Translations under genes and position numbers: made by a program
Source of the DNA: the human T2T-CHM13v2.0 reference genome, Homo sapiens
Length of the DNA stretch: 64,000 bases
Reading direction: 5' to 3' (one strand)
NCBI RefSeq assembly: GCF_009914755.1
Contig: NC_060948.1
Part shown: in pieces, positions 1-21,114 of the stretch
Layout: every line of letters begins with the position of its first letter
Numbering within the stretch: the stretch's first letter is position 1
Notes under the pieces: generated by a model
Databases searched by the model: none
What the model saw: the letters and a program-made list of their open reading frames with translations, nothing else
What the model was told of the DNA's origin: nothing

Positions 1-1803
<1,803 letters not shown>

Positions 1804-2380
1804 AGATCCATATTTTTTAAATGAAAAAAAATTTCAAAGGTACTCTGCTTGGTACAATAATCTAATGTATAAACTGAGGAATAAAACATAACCATGAAAC
1901 CTACTTATAACTGCATATGGAAAATACAGAGGATAATTTTTTAAATAACATATTTTGAAAGCCTTAACTAGTAATTTGAAGAGTTGGCATTTGAAAGGCC
2001 AGTATGAATATACCTTCAAAGCAGCAACACAGGTTCCCCATGAGAAAAAGCAAACACAGGGAAAATAAAAACACAAAGGTTCAATCTCTTCTGACCTTTG
2101 AAAGACACAGCACAGACAGTGGTCCTTAGGACGAAGAGCAGGAGACCCTTAATTCCGTCACCATGGCGATAGGGCATAAACATTGCTGGGTGAGGGCACA
2201 ATCCACATTGTGAGGTCCAACTGCTGCCAGGAAGACAGGAGTGCTTTTACATAGACCGAAAGGTCATTGAAGGCTCAGAGTTTTGTTTCAAGAACTGAAT
2301 CCCAAGCCCACACGTTATTAGGCTGCGCTTCTTAAAACAAGTTATGAGATGGGAAAAAGGGCACCCACAAACATACGTAT
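1804..2380. repeat. ~580 bp non-Alu, non-AT-rich component of unit 1 (probable Repbase HSATI); follows every Alu copy
   Basis: Complex sequence between the Alu 5' end and the next AT-rich block, repeated 26 times. The name comes from the known DYZ2 composition, not from an alignment; right boundary approximate. Confidence 0.75.
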
Positions 2381-4207
<1,827 letters not shown>

Positions 4208-6312
4208 AGATCCATATTTTTTAAATGAAAAAAAATTTCAAAGGTACTCTGCTTGGTACAATAATCTAATGTATAAACTGAGGAATAAAACATAACCATG
4301 AAACCTACTTATAACTGCATATGGAAAATACAGAGGATAATTTTTTAAATAACATATTTTGAAAGCCTTAACTAGTAATTTGAAGAGTTGGCATTTGAAA
4401 GGCCAGTATGAATATACCTTCAAAGCAGCAACACAGGTTCCCCATGAGAAAAAGCAAACACAGGGAAAATAAAAACACAAAGGTTCAATCTCTTCTGACC
4501 TTTGAAAGACACAGCACAGACAGTGGTCCTTAGGACGAAGAGCAGGAGACCCTTAATTCCGTCACCATGGCGATAGGGCATAAACATTGCTGGGTGAGGG
4601 CACAATCCACATTGTGAGGTCCAACTGCTGCCAGGAAGACAGGAGTGCTTTTACATAGACCGAAAGGTCATTGAAGGCTCAGAGTTTTGTTTCAAGAACT
4701 GAATCCCAAGCCCACACGTTATTAGGCTGCGCTTCTTAAAACAAGTTATGAGATGGGAAAAAGGGCACCCACAAACATACGTATACATTATGTATATAAT
4801 AATATACAGTATCATATATATAATATATATAACCTATGTATAATATTGTTTTACATCCTGCATCTTATGTTATATATATTGTATAAAATATAATAATTGA
4901 TAATATATAAGTTTTATATTTATACAATATGACATATAGTATATATTATAATTTATGACATATATAATATATGTTATATATCATATATAGAATATATTAT
5001 ACGGTTAATATACGTATTAAATATAAATTATACATTATATATATTATATATAATATATCTGTTATATATAATACCCATTATGCATAATATATATATTATG
5101 TCTATGTTATATATAGTATAAAACAACAGATAATAATATATAATTGTATATATAAAATGCGACATATAATATATATTATATTTTATAACAAATGTAATAT
5201 ATATTATATATTATATATAATAGGTTGTATGTATAATACCTATATTAAATATATATTATATGACTATGTTATTAATTACATGTCACATGTGTTATATATT
5301 ATATATTTTACATAGAATATACCGGTTACATACAATATATACTATGTTACCTATAATGTATAATTTATTACATGTAAAATAAAGAATGCAATATATTATG
5401 TATAATTTATAATATACAATATGTGGAATGTGATATATATAACATATAATATATGATATATGATATACAGTATATGATATATAACATACAATATATGATT
5501 CCTAATATATATGGTATACAATATATATTTTATGACATGTATTCTATATGTTTTATATTCTGTTATATATAACTATTTGAAATTATATATAACTGTATAA
5601 TATTTTATGTAAATATGTAATATAATATATATAACTATATAATATATTATAGATAACTATATATTATGTTATATATACTTTTATAACATAATTTACATAA
5701 AATATCATAATATAATATATATTATATTATTTCATATTACATAATATATATTACATATCACCCAATATAACTAACATACATAATATTATAATATAGATTA
5801 TATTATGTTATATTAAATATCATATATATCATGTATCATATATTCTATAATATATATTACACATTATATAATATGTATGTTGTCTACTATGTGATATATA
5901 TAACTCTATATATAATTATATTATTATACATATAACTAGATAAACATGTAATTCTACATATTTTCATTTATAATATGTAGAATTATATAATCATATATAA
6001 TTATTTATATTCTATAAAAAATTTTATCATTCTATAAATTATAATATATAAAAATTATCATATGTACTACAAATATATATATTGTATATCATATATGATA
6101 TAGTATCTTTGTTATATATCATAATACATATAAATGTGTATTATGTTATCTATAATTATATAATTTCATATATAAGATGTATAATATGTATCATATATTA
6201 TATATGTTATGTAATATATATAGTATATATAAGATGACACAGGATAAATATTATATACTATGACATATAAAATATATGAGGTTATATGTTACATATAAGG
6301 CATAGCACATAA

Positions 6313-6611
<299 letters not shown>

Positions 6612-8732
6612 AGATCCATATTTTTTAAATGAAAAAAAATTTCAAAGGTACTCTGCTTGGTACAATAATCTAATGTATAAACTGAGGAATAAAACATAAC
6701 CATGAAACCTACTTATAACTGCATATGGAAAATACAGAGGATAATTTTTTAAATAACATATTTTGAAAGCCTTAACTAGTAATTTGAAGAGTTGGCATTT
6801 GAAAGGCCAGTATGAATATACCTTCAAAGCAGCAACACAGGTTCCCCATGAGAAAAAGCAAACACAGGGAAAATAAAAACACAAAGGTTCAATCTCTTCT
6901 GACCTTTGAAAGACACAGCACAGACAGTGGTCCTTAGGACGAAGAGCAGGAGACCCCTAATTCCGTCACCATGGCGATAGGGCATAAACATTGCTGGGTG
7001 AGGGCACAATCCACATTGTGAGGTCCAACTGCTGCCAGGAAGACAGGAGTGCTTTTACATAGACCGAAAGGTCATTGAAGGCTCAGAGTTTTGTTTCAAG
7101 AACTGAATCCCAAGCCCACACGTTATTAGGCTGCGCTTCTTAAAACAAGTTATGAGATGGGAAAAAGGGCACCCACAAACATACGTATACATTATGTATA
7201 TAATAATATACAGTATCATATATATAATATATATAACCTATGTATAATATTGTTTTACATCCTGCATCTTATGTTATATATATTGTATAAAATATAATAA
7301 TTGATAATATATAAGTTTTATATTTATACAATATGACATATAGTATATATTATAATTTATGACATATATAATATATGTTATATATCATATATAGAATATA
7401 TTATACGGTTAATATACGTATTAAATATAAATTATACATTATATATATTATATATAATATATCTGTTATATATAATACCCATTATGCATAATATATATAT
7501 TATGTCTATGTTATATATAGTATAAAACAACAGATAATAATATATAATTGTATATATAAAATGCGACATATAATATATATTATATTTTATAACAAATGTA
7601 ATATATATTATATATAATAGGTTGTATGTATAATACCTATATTAAATATATATTATATGACTATGTTATTAATTACATGTCACATGTGTTATATATTATA
7701 TATTTTACATAGAATATACCGGTTACATACAATATATACTATGTTACCTATAATGTATAATTTATTACATGTAAAATAAAGAATGCAATATATTATGTAT
7801 AATTTATAATATACAATATGTGGAATGTGATATATATAACATATAATATATGATATATGATATACAGTATATGATATATAACATACAATATATGATTCCT
7901 AATATATATGGTATACAATATATATTTTGTGACATGTATTCTATATGTTTTATATTCTGTTATATATAACTATTTGAAATTATATATAACTGTATAATAT
8001 TTTATGTAAATATGTAATATAATATATATAACTATATAATATATTATAGATAACTATATATTATGTTATATATACTTTTATAACATAATTTACATAAAAT
8101 ATCATAATATAATATATATTATATTATTTCATATTACATAATATATATTACATATCACCCAATATAACTAACATACATAATATTATAATATAGATTATAT
8201 TATGTTATATTAAATATCATATATATCATGTATCATATATTCTATAATATATATTACACATTATATAATATGTATGTTGTCTACTATGTGATATATATAA
8301 CTCTATATATAATTATATTATTATACATATAACTAGATAAACATGTAATTCTACATATTTTCATTTATAATATGTAGAATTATATAATCATATATAATTA
8401 TTTATATTCTATAAAAAATTTTATCATTCTATAAATTATAATATATAAAAATTATCATATGTACTACAAATATATATATTGTATATCATATATGATATAG
8501 TATCTTTGTTATATATCATAATACATATAAATGTGTATTATGTTATCTATAATTATATAATTTCATATATAAGATGTATAATATGTATCATACATTATAT
8601 ATGTTATGTAATATATATAGTATATATAAGATGACACAGGATAAATATTATATACTATGACATATAAAATATATGAGGTTATATGTTACATATAAGGCAT
8701 AGCACATAACATGTAATATATATCATATATAA

Positions 8733-9024
8733 TTTTTTTTTAGACAGAATCTTGTCCTGTTGCACAGGGTGGGGTAAAATGGCGCCATCTTTGCTCACTG
8801 CAACTTCTGCCTCACGGGTCCAAGCGATTGTCCTCCCTCAGCCTCCCAGGTAGCTGGGACTACACCACACTGGGACTACACCAGCTGCCACCATGCCTAG
8901 CTAATTTTTTGGATTTTTAGTAGTGACAGCGTTTCACTGTATTGGCCAGGATGGTCTTGATCTCTTCACCTTGTGATCCCCTTGCCTTGGCCTCCAAATT
9001 TGCTGGGATTACAGGCCTGAGCCA
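8733..9024 (-). mobile_element. Alu, unit 4 (first copy with the internal 16 bp duplication)
   Basis: T9 at 8733 to GAGCCA at 9024; CTGGGACTACACCA-CA-CTGGGACTACACCA at 8854-8883. Confidence 0.92.
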
Positions 9025-11127
9025 AGATCCATATTTTTTAAATGAAAAAAAATTTCAAAGGTACTCTGCTTGGTACAATAATCAAATGTATAAACTGAGG
9101 AATAAAACATAACCATGAAACCTACTTATAACTGCATATGGAAAATACAGAGGATAATTTTTTAAATAACATATTTTGAAAGCCTTAACTAGTAATTTGA
9201 AGAGTTGGCATTTGAAAGGCCAGTATGAATATACCTTCAAAGCAGCAACACAGGTTCCCCATGAGAAAAAGCAAACACAGGGAAAATAAAAACACAAAGG
9301 TTCAATCTCTTCTGACCTTTGAAAGACACAGCACAGACAGTGGTCCTTAGGACGAAGAGCAGGAGACCCCTAATTCCGTCACCATGGCGATAGGGCATAA
9401 ACATTGCTGGGTGAGGGCACAATCCACATTGTGAGGTCCAACTGCTGCCAGGAAGACAGGAGTGCTTTTACATAGACCGAAAGGTCATTGAAGGCTCAGA
9501 GTTTTGTTTCAAGAACTGAATCCCAAGCCCACACGTTATTAGGCTGCGCTTCTTAAAACAAGTTATGAGATGGGAAAAAGGGCACCCACAAACATACGTA
9601 TACATTATGTATATAATAATATACAGTGTCATATATATAATATATATAACCTATGTATAATATTGTTTTACATCCTGCATCTTATGTTATATATATTGTA
9701 TAAAATATAATAATTGATAATATATAAGTTTTATATTTATACAATATGACATATAGTATATATTATAATTTATGACATATATAATATATGTTATATATCA
9801 TATGTAGAATATATTATACGGTTAATATACGTATTAAATATAAATTATACATTATATATATTATATATAATATATCTGTTATATATAATACCCATTATGC
9901 ATGATATATATATTATGTCTATGTTATATATAGTATAAAACAACATATAATAATATATAATTGTATATATAAAATGCGACATATAATATATATTATATTT
10001 TATAACATATGTAATATATATTATATATTATATATAATACGTTGTATGTATAATACCTATATTAAATATATATTATATGACTATGTTATTAATTACATGT
10101 CACATGTGTTATATATTATATATTTTACATAGAATATACCGGTTACATACAATATATACTATGTTACCTATAATGTATAATTTATTACATGTAAAATAAA
10201 GAATGCAATATATTATTTATAATTTATAATATACCATATGTGGAATGTGATATATATAACATATAATATATGATATATGATATACAGTATATGATATATA
10301 ACATACAATATATGATTCCTAATATATATGGTATACAATATATATTTTATGATATGTATTCTATATGTTTTATATTCTGTTATATATAACTATTTGAAAT
10401 TATATATAACTGTATAATATTTTATGTAAATATGTAATATAATATATATAACTATATAAATATATTATATATAACTATATATTATGTTATATATAGTTTT
10501 ATAACATAATTTACATAAAATATCATAATATAATATATATTATATTATTTCATATTACATAATATATATTACATATCACACAATATAACTAACATACATA
10601 ATATTATAAAGAGATTATATTATGTTATATTAAATATCATATATCATGTATCATATATTCTATAATATATATTACACATTATATAATATGTATGTTGTCT
10701 ATTATGTGATATATATAACTCTATATATAATTATATTATTATACATATAACTAGATAAACATGTAATTCTACATATTTTCATTTATAATATGTAGAATTA
10801 TATAATCATATATAATTATTTATATTCTATAAAAAATTTTATCATTCTATAAATTATAATATATAAAAATTATAATATGTACTACAAATATATATATTAT
10901 ATATCATATATGATATAGTAACTTTGTTATATATCATAATACATATAAATGTGTATTATGTTATCTATAATTATATAATTTCATATATAAGATGTATAAT
11001 ATGTATCATATATTATATATGTTATGTAATATATATAGTATATATAAGATGACACAGGATAAATATTATATACTATGACATATAAAATATATGAGGTTAT
11101 ATGTTACATATAAGGCATAGCACATAA

Positions 11128-11442
<315 letters not shown>

Positions 11443-13545
11443 AGATCCATATTTTTTAAATGAAAAAAAATTTCAAAGGTACTCTGCTTGGTACAATAAT
11501 CAAATGTATAAACTGAGGAATGAAACATAACCATGAAACCTACTTATAACTGCATATGGAAAATACAGAGGATAATTTTTTAAATAACATATTTTGAAAG
11601 CCTTAACTAGTAATTTGAAGAGCTGGCATTTGAAAGGCCAGTATGAATATACCTTCAAAGCAGCAACACAGGTTCCCCATGAGAAAAAGCAAACACAGGG
11701 AAAATAAAAACACAAAGGTTCAATCTCTTCTGACCTTTGAAAGACACAGCACAGACAGTGGTCCTTAGGACGAAGAGCAGGAGACCCCTAATTCCGTCAC
11801 CATGGCGATAGGGCATAAACATTGCTGGGTGAGGGCACAATCCACATTGTGAGGTCCAACTGCTGCCAGGAAGACAGGAGTGCTTTTACATAGACCGAAA
11901 GGTCATTGAAGGCTCAGAGTTTTGTTTCAAGAACTGAATCCCAAGCCCACACGTTATTAGGCTGCGCTTCTTAAAACAAGTTATGAGATGGGAAAAAGGG
12001 CACCCACAAACATACGTATACATTATGTATATAATAATATACAGTATCATATATATAATATATATAACCTATGTATAATATTGTTTTACATCCTGCATCT
12101 TGTTATATATATTGTATAAAATATAATAATTGATAATATATAAGTTTTATATTTATACAATATGACATATAGTATATATTATAATTTATGACATATATAA
12201 TATATGTTATATATCATCTATAGAATATATTATACGGTTAATATACGTATTAAATATAAATTATACATTATATATATTATATATAATATATCTGTTATAT
12301 ATAATACCCATTATGCATGATATATATATTATGTCTATGTTATATATAGTATAAAACAACATATAATAATATATAATTGTATATATAAAATGCGACATAT
12401 AATATATATTATATTTTATAACATATGTAATATATATTATATATTATATATAATACGTTGTATGTATAATACCTATATTAAATATATATTATATGACTAT
12501 GTTATTAATTACATGTCACATGTGTTATATATTATATATTTTACATAGAATATACCGGTTACATACAATATATACTATGTTACCTATAATGTATAATTTA
12601 TTACATGTAAAATAAAGAATGCAATATATTATGTATAATTTATAATATACAATATGTGGAATGTGATATATATAACATATAATATATGATATATGATATA
12701 CAGTATATGATATATAACATACAATGTATGATTCCTAATATATAAGGTATACAATATATATTTTATGATATGTATTCTATATGTTTTATATTCTGTTATA
12801 TATAACTATTTGAAATTATATATAACTGTATAATATTTTATGTAAATATGTAATATAATATATATAACTATATAATATATTATAGATAACTATATATTAT
12901 GTTATATATACTTTTATAACATAATTTACATAAAATATCATAATATAATATATATTATATTATTTCATATTACATAATATATATTAGATATCACCCAATA
13001 TAACTAACATACATAATATTATAATATAGATTATATTATGTTATATTAAATATCATATATATCATGTATCATATATTCTATAATATATATTACACATTAT
13101 ATAATATGTATGTTGTCTATTATGTGATATATATAACTATATATATAATTATATTTTTATACATATAACTAGATAAACATGTAATTCTACATATTTTCAT
13201 TTATAATATGTAGAATTATATAATCATATATAATTATTTATATTCTATAAAAAATTTTATCATTATATAAATTATAATATATAAAAATTATAATATGTAC
13301 TACAAATATATATATTATATATCATATATGATATAGTACCTTTGTTATATATCATAATACATATAAATGTGTATTATGTTATCTATAATTATATAATTTC
13401 ATATATAAGATGAATAATATGTATCATATATTATATAAGTTATGTAATATATATAGTATATATAAGATGACACAGGATAAATATTATATACTATGACATA
13501 TAAAATATATGAGGTTATATGTTACATATAAGGCATAGCACATAA

Positions 13546-13860
<315 letters not shown>

Positions 13861-15987
13861 AGATCCATATTTTTTAAATGAAAAAAAATTTCAAAGGTAC
13901 TCTGCTTGGTACAATAATCTAATGTATAAACTGAGGAATAAAACATAACCATGAAACCTACTTATAACTGCATATGGAAAATACAGAGGATAATTTTTTA
14001 AATAACATATTTTGAAAGCCTTAACTAGTAATTTGAAGAGTTGGCATTTGAAAGGCCAGTATGAATATACCTTCAAAGCAGCAACACAGGTTCCCCATGA
14101 GAAAAAGCAAACACAGGGAAAATAAAAACACAAAGGTTCAATCTCTTCTGACCTTTGAAAGACACAGCACAGACAGTGGTCCTTAGGACGAAGAGCAGGA
14201 GACCCCTAATTCCGTCACCATGGCGATAGGGCATAAACATTGCTGGGTGAGGGCACAATCCACATTGTGAGGTCCAACTGCTGCCAGGAAGACAGGAGTG
14301 CTTTTACATAGACCGAAAGGTCATTGAAGGCTCAGAGTTTTGTTTCAAGAACTGAATCCCAAGCCCACACGTTATTAGGCTGCGCTTCTTAAAACAAGTT
14401 ATGAGATGGGAAAAAGGGCACCCACAAACATACGTATACATTATGTATATAATAATATACAGTATCATATATATAATATATATAACCTATGTATAATATT
14501 GTTTTACATCCTGCATCTTATGTTATATATATTGTATAAAATATAATAATTGATAATATATAAGTTTTATATTTATACAGTATGACATATAGTATATATT
14601 ATAATTTATGACATATATAATATATGTTATATATCATATATAGAATATATTATACGGTTAATATACGTATTAAATATAAATTATACATTATATATATTAT
14701 ATATAATATATCTGTTATATATAATACCCATTATGCATAATATATATATTATGTCTATGTTATATATAGTATAAAACAACAGATAATAATATATAATTGT
14801 ATATATAAAATGCGACATATAATATATATTATATTTTATAACATATGTAAGATATATTATATATTATATATAATACGTTGTATGTATAATACCTATATTA
14901 AATATATATTATATGACTATGTTATTAATTACATGTCACATGTGTTATATATTATATATTTTACATAGAATATACCGGTTACATACAATATATACTATGT
15001 TACCTATAATGTATAATTTATTACATGTAAAATAAAGAATGCAATATATTATGTATAATTTATAGTATAACATATGTGGAATGTGATATATATAACATAT
15101 AATATATGATATATGATATACAGTATATGATATATAACATACAATATATGATTCCTAATATATATGGTATACAATATATATTTTATGATATGTATTCTAT
15201 ATGTTTTATATTCTGTTATATATAACTATATGAAATTATATATAACTGTATAATATTTTATGTAAATATGTAATATAATATATATAACTATATAATATAT
15301 TATATATAACTATATATTATGTTATATATACTTTTATAACATAATTTACATAAAATATCATAATATAATATATATTATATTATTTCATATTACATAATAT
15401 ATATTACATATCACCCAATATAAGTAACATACATAATATTATAAAGAGATTATATTATGTTATATTAAATATCATATATGTCATGTATCATATATTCTAT
15501 AATATATATTACACATTATATAATATGTATGTTGTCTATTATGTGATATATATAACTCTATATATATTTATATTATTATACATATAACTAGATAAACATG
15601 TAATTCTACATATTTTCATTTATAATATGTAGAATTATATAATCATATATAATTATTTATATTCTATAAAAAATTTTATCATTATATAAATTATAATATA
15701 TAAAAATTATAATATGTACTACAAATATATATATTATATATCATATCTGATATAGTACCTTTGTTATATATCATAATACATATAAATGTGTATTATGTTA
15801 TCTATAATTATATAATTTCATATATAAGATGTATAATATGTATCATATATTATATATGTTATGTAATATATATAGTATATATAAGATGACACAGGATAAA
15901 TATTATATACTATGACATATAAAATATATCAGGTTATATGTTACATATAAGGCATAGCACATAACATGTAATATATATCATATATAA

Positions 15988-16279
15988 TTTTTTTTTAGAC
16001 AGAATCTTGTCCTGTTGCACAGGGTGGGGTACAATGGCGCCATCTTTGCTCACTGCAACTTCTGACTCACGGGTCCAAGCGATTGTCCTCCCTCAGCCTC
16101 CCAGGTAGCTGGGACTACACCACACTGGGACTACACCAGCTGCCACCATGCCTAGATAATTTTTTGGATTTTTAGTAGTGACAGCGTTTCACTGTATTGG
16201 CCAGGATGGTCTTGATCTCTTCACCTTGTGATCCCCTTGCCTTGGCCTCCAAATTTGCTGGGATTACAGGCCTGAGCCA
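15988..16279 (-). mobile_element. Alu, unit 7
   Basis: 292 bp copy as in unit 4. Confidence 0.92.
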
Positions 16280-18402
16280 AGATCCATATTTTTTAAATGA
16301 AAAAAAATTTCAAAGGTACTCTGCTTGGTACAATAATCAAATGTATAAACTGAGGAATGAAACATAACCATGAAACCTACTTATAACTGCATATGGAAAA
16401 TACAGAGGATAATTTTTTAAATAACATATTTTGAAAGCCTTAACTAGTAATTTGAAGAGTTGGCATTTGAAAGGCCAGTATGAATATACCTTCAAAGCAG
16501 CAACACAGGTTCCCCATGAGAAAAAGCAAACACAGGGAAAATAAAAACACAAAGGTTCAATCTCTTCTGACCTTTGAAAGACACAGCACAGACAGTGGTC
16601 CTAAGGACGAAGAGCAGGAGACCCCTAATTCCGTCACCATGGCGATAGGGCATAAACATTGCTGGGTGAGGGCACAATCCACATTGTGAGGTCCAACTGC
16701 TGCCAGGAAGACAGGAGTGCTTTTACATAGACCGAAAGGTCATTGAAGGCTCAGAGTTTTGTTTCAAGAACTGAATCCCAAGCCCACACGTTATTAGGCT
16801 GCGCTTCTTAAAACAAGTTATGAGATGGGAAAAAGGGCACCCACAAACATACGTATACATTATGTATATAATAATATACAGTATCATATATATAATATAT
16901 ATAACCTATGTATAATATTGTTTTACATCCTGCATCTTATGTTATATATATTGTATAAAATATAATAATTGATAATATATAAGTTTTATATTTATACAAT
17001 ATGACATATAGTATATATTATAATTTATGACATATATAATATATGTTATATGTCATATATAGAATATATTATACGGTTAATATACGTATTAAATATAAAT
17101 TATACATTATATATATTATATATATCTGTTATATATAATACCCATTATGCATAATATATATATTATGTCTATGTTATATATAGTATAAAACAACATATAA
17201 TAATATATAATTGTATATATAAAATGCGACATAGAATATATATTATATTTTATAACATATGTAATATATATTATATATTATATATAATACGTTATATGTA
17301 TAATACCTATATTAAATATATATTATATGACTATGTTATTAATTACATGTCACATGTGTTATATATTATATATTTTACATAGAATATACCGGTTACATAC
17401 AATATATACTATGTTACCTATAATGTATAATTTATTACATGTAAAATAAAGACTGCAATATATTATGTATAATTTATAATATACAATATGTGGAATGTGA
17501 TATATATAACATATAATATATGATATATGATATACAGTATATGATATATAACATACAATATATGATTCCTAATATATATGGTATACAATATATATTTTAT
17601 GATATGTATTCTATATGTTTTATATTCTGTTATATATAACTATTTGAAATTATATATAACTGCATAATATTTTATGTAAATATGTAATATAATATATATA
17701 ACTATATAATATATTATATATAACTATATATTATGTTATATATACTTTTATAACATAATTTACATAAAATATCATAATATAATATATATTATATTATTTC
17801 ATATTACATAATATATATTACATATCACCCAATATAACTAACATACATAATATTATAATATAGATTATATTGTGTTATATTAAATATCATATATATCATG
17901 TATCATATATTCTGTAATATATATTACACGTTATATAATATGTATGTTGTCTATTATGTGATATATATAACTATATATATAATTATATTTTTATACATAT
18001 AACTAGATAAACATGTAATTCTACATATTTTCATTTATAATATGTAGAATTATATAATCATATATAATTATTTATATTCTATAAAAAATTTTATCATTAT
18101 ATAAATTATAATATATAAAAATTATAATATGTACTACAAATATATATATTATATATCATATCTGATATAGTACCTTTGTTATATATCATAATACATATAA
18201 ATGTGTATTATGTTATCTATAATTATATAATTTCATATATAAGATGTATAATATGTATCATATATTATATATGTTATGTAATATATACAGTATATATAAG
18301 ATGACATAGGATAAATATTATATACTATGACATATAAAATATATCAGGTTATATGTTACATATAAGGCATAGCACATAACATGTAATATATATCATATAT
18401 AA

Positions 18403-18694
18403 TTTTTTTTTAGACAGAATCTTGTCCTGTTGCACAGGGTGGGGTTCAATGGCGCCATCTTTGCTCACTGCAACTTCTGACTCACGGGTCCAAGCGATTG
18501 TCCAACCTCAGCCTCCCAGGTAGCTGGGACTACACCACACTGGGACTACACCAGCTGCCACCATGCCTAGCTAATTTTTTGGATTTTTAGTAGTGACAGC
18601 GTTTCACTGTATTGGCCAGGATGGTCTTGATCTCTTCACCTTGTGATCCCCTTGCCTTGGCCTCCAAATTTGCTGGGATTACAGGCCTGAGCCA
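18403..18694 (-). mobile_element. Alu, unit 8
   Basis: 292 bp copy as in unit 4. Confidence 0.92.
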
Positions 18695-20799
18695 AGATCC
18701 ATATTTTTTAAATGAAAAAAAATTTCAAAGGTACTCTGCTTGGTACAATAATCAAATGTATAAACTGAGGAATGAAACATAACCATGAAACCTACTTATA
18801 ACTGCATATGGAAAATACAGAGGATAATTTTTTAAATAACATATTTTGAAAGCCTTAACTAGTAATTTGAAGAGTTGGCATTTGAAAGGCCAGTATGAAT
18901 ATACCTTCAAAGCAGCAACACAGGTTCCCCATGAGAAAAAGCAAACACAGGGAAAATAAAAACACAAAGGTTCAATCTCTTCTGACCTTTGAAAGACACA
19001 GCACAGACAGTGGTCCTTAGGACGAAGAGCAGGAGACCCCTAATTGCGTCACCATGGCGATAGGGCATAAACATTGCTGGGTGAGGGCACAATCCACATT
19101 GTGAGGTCCAACTGCTGCCAGGAAGACAGGAGTGCTTTTACATAGACCGAAAGGTCATTGAAGGCTCAGAGTTTTGTTTCAAGAACTCAATCCCAAGCCC
19201 ACACGTTATTAGGCTGCGCTTCTTAAAACAAGTTATGAGATTGGAAAAAGGGCACCCACAAACATACGTATACATTATGTATATAATAATATACAGTATC
19301 ATATATATAATATATATAACCTATGTATAATATTGTTTTACATCCTGCATCTTATGTTATATATATTGTATAAAATATAATAATTGATAATATATAAGTT
19401 TTATATTTATACAATATGACATATAGTATATATTATAATTTATGACATATATAATATATGTTATATGTCATATATAGAATATATTATACGGTTAATATAC
19501 GTATTAAATATAAATTATACATTATATATATTATATATAATATATCTGTTATATATAATACACATTATGCATAATATATATATTATGTCTATGTTATATA
19601 TAGTATAAAACAACATATAATAATATATAATTGTATATATAAAATGCGACATATAATATATATTATATTTTATAACATATGTAATATATATTATATATTA
19701 TATATAATACGTTGTATGTATAATACCTATATTAAATATATATTATATGACTATGTTATTAATTACATGTCACATGTCTTATATGTTATATATTTTACAT
19801 AGAATATACCGCTTACATACAATATATACTATGTTACCTATAATGTATAATTTATTACATGTAAAATAAAGAATGCAATATATTATGTATAATTTATAAT
19901 ATACCATATGTGGAATGTGATATATATAACATATAATATATGATATATGATATACAGTGTATGATATATAACATACAATATATGATTCCTAATATATATG
20001 GTATACAATATATATTTTATGATATGTATTCTATATGTTTTATATTCTGTTATATATAACTATTTGAAATTATATATAACTGTATAATATTTTATGTAAA
20101 TATGTAATATAATATATATAACTATATAATATATTTTATATAACTATATATTATGTTATATATACTTTTCTAACATAATTTACATAAAATATCATAACAT
20201 AATATATATTATATTATTTCATATTACATAATATATATTACATATCACCCAATATAACTAACATACATAATATTATAATATAGATTATATCGTGTTATAT
20301 TAAATATCATATACATCATGTATCATATATTCTATAATATATATTACACATTATATAATATGTATGTTGTCTATTATGTGATATATATAACTATATATAT
20401 AATTATATTTTTATACATATAACTAGATAAACATGTAATTCTACATATTTTCATTTATAATATGTAGAATTATATAATCATATATAATTATTTATATTCT
20501 ATAAAAAATTTTATCATTATATAAATTATAATATATAAAAATTATAATATGTACTACAAATATATATATTATATATCATATATGATATAGTACCTTTGTT
20601 ATATATCATAATACATATAAATGTGTATTATGTTATCTATAATTATATAATTTCATATATAAGATGTATAATATGTATCATATATTATATATGTTATGTA
20701 CTATATATAGTATATATAAGATGACACAGGATAAATATTATATACTATGACATATAAAATATATGAGGTTATATGTTACATATAAGGCATAGCACATAA

Positions 20800-21114
<315 letters not shown>

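Noticed and set aside
1804-1825. Possible L1-endonuclease site and target-site duplication (minus strand TTT/AAAAAATAT before the Alu vs A9-TTATAT after it)
   Set aside because: Low-complexity, imperfect match, expected by chance in this composition.
1834-2201. Recurrent minus-strand ORFs MCFYFPC... (71/80 aa) and MCPHPAM... (61 aa) in every unit, resembling a multicopy gene family
   Set aside because: They are short, overlap in different frames and have no recognisable domain. One begins at a non-ATG codon. Length flips with single SNVs and most visible changes are nonsynonymous. Their conservation reflects satellite homogenisation.
8854-8883. Short direct repeats and the regular array as a CRISPR-like system
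   Set aside because: There are only two 14 bp repeats separated by 2 bp, no unique spacers and no cas genes, and this is primate DNA.
16480-16689. Plus-strand 69 aa ORF unique to unit 7
   Set aside because: It arises from one SNV (CCTTAGG>CCTAAGG) removing a stop present in other units.
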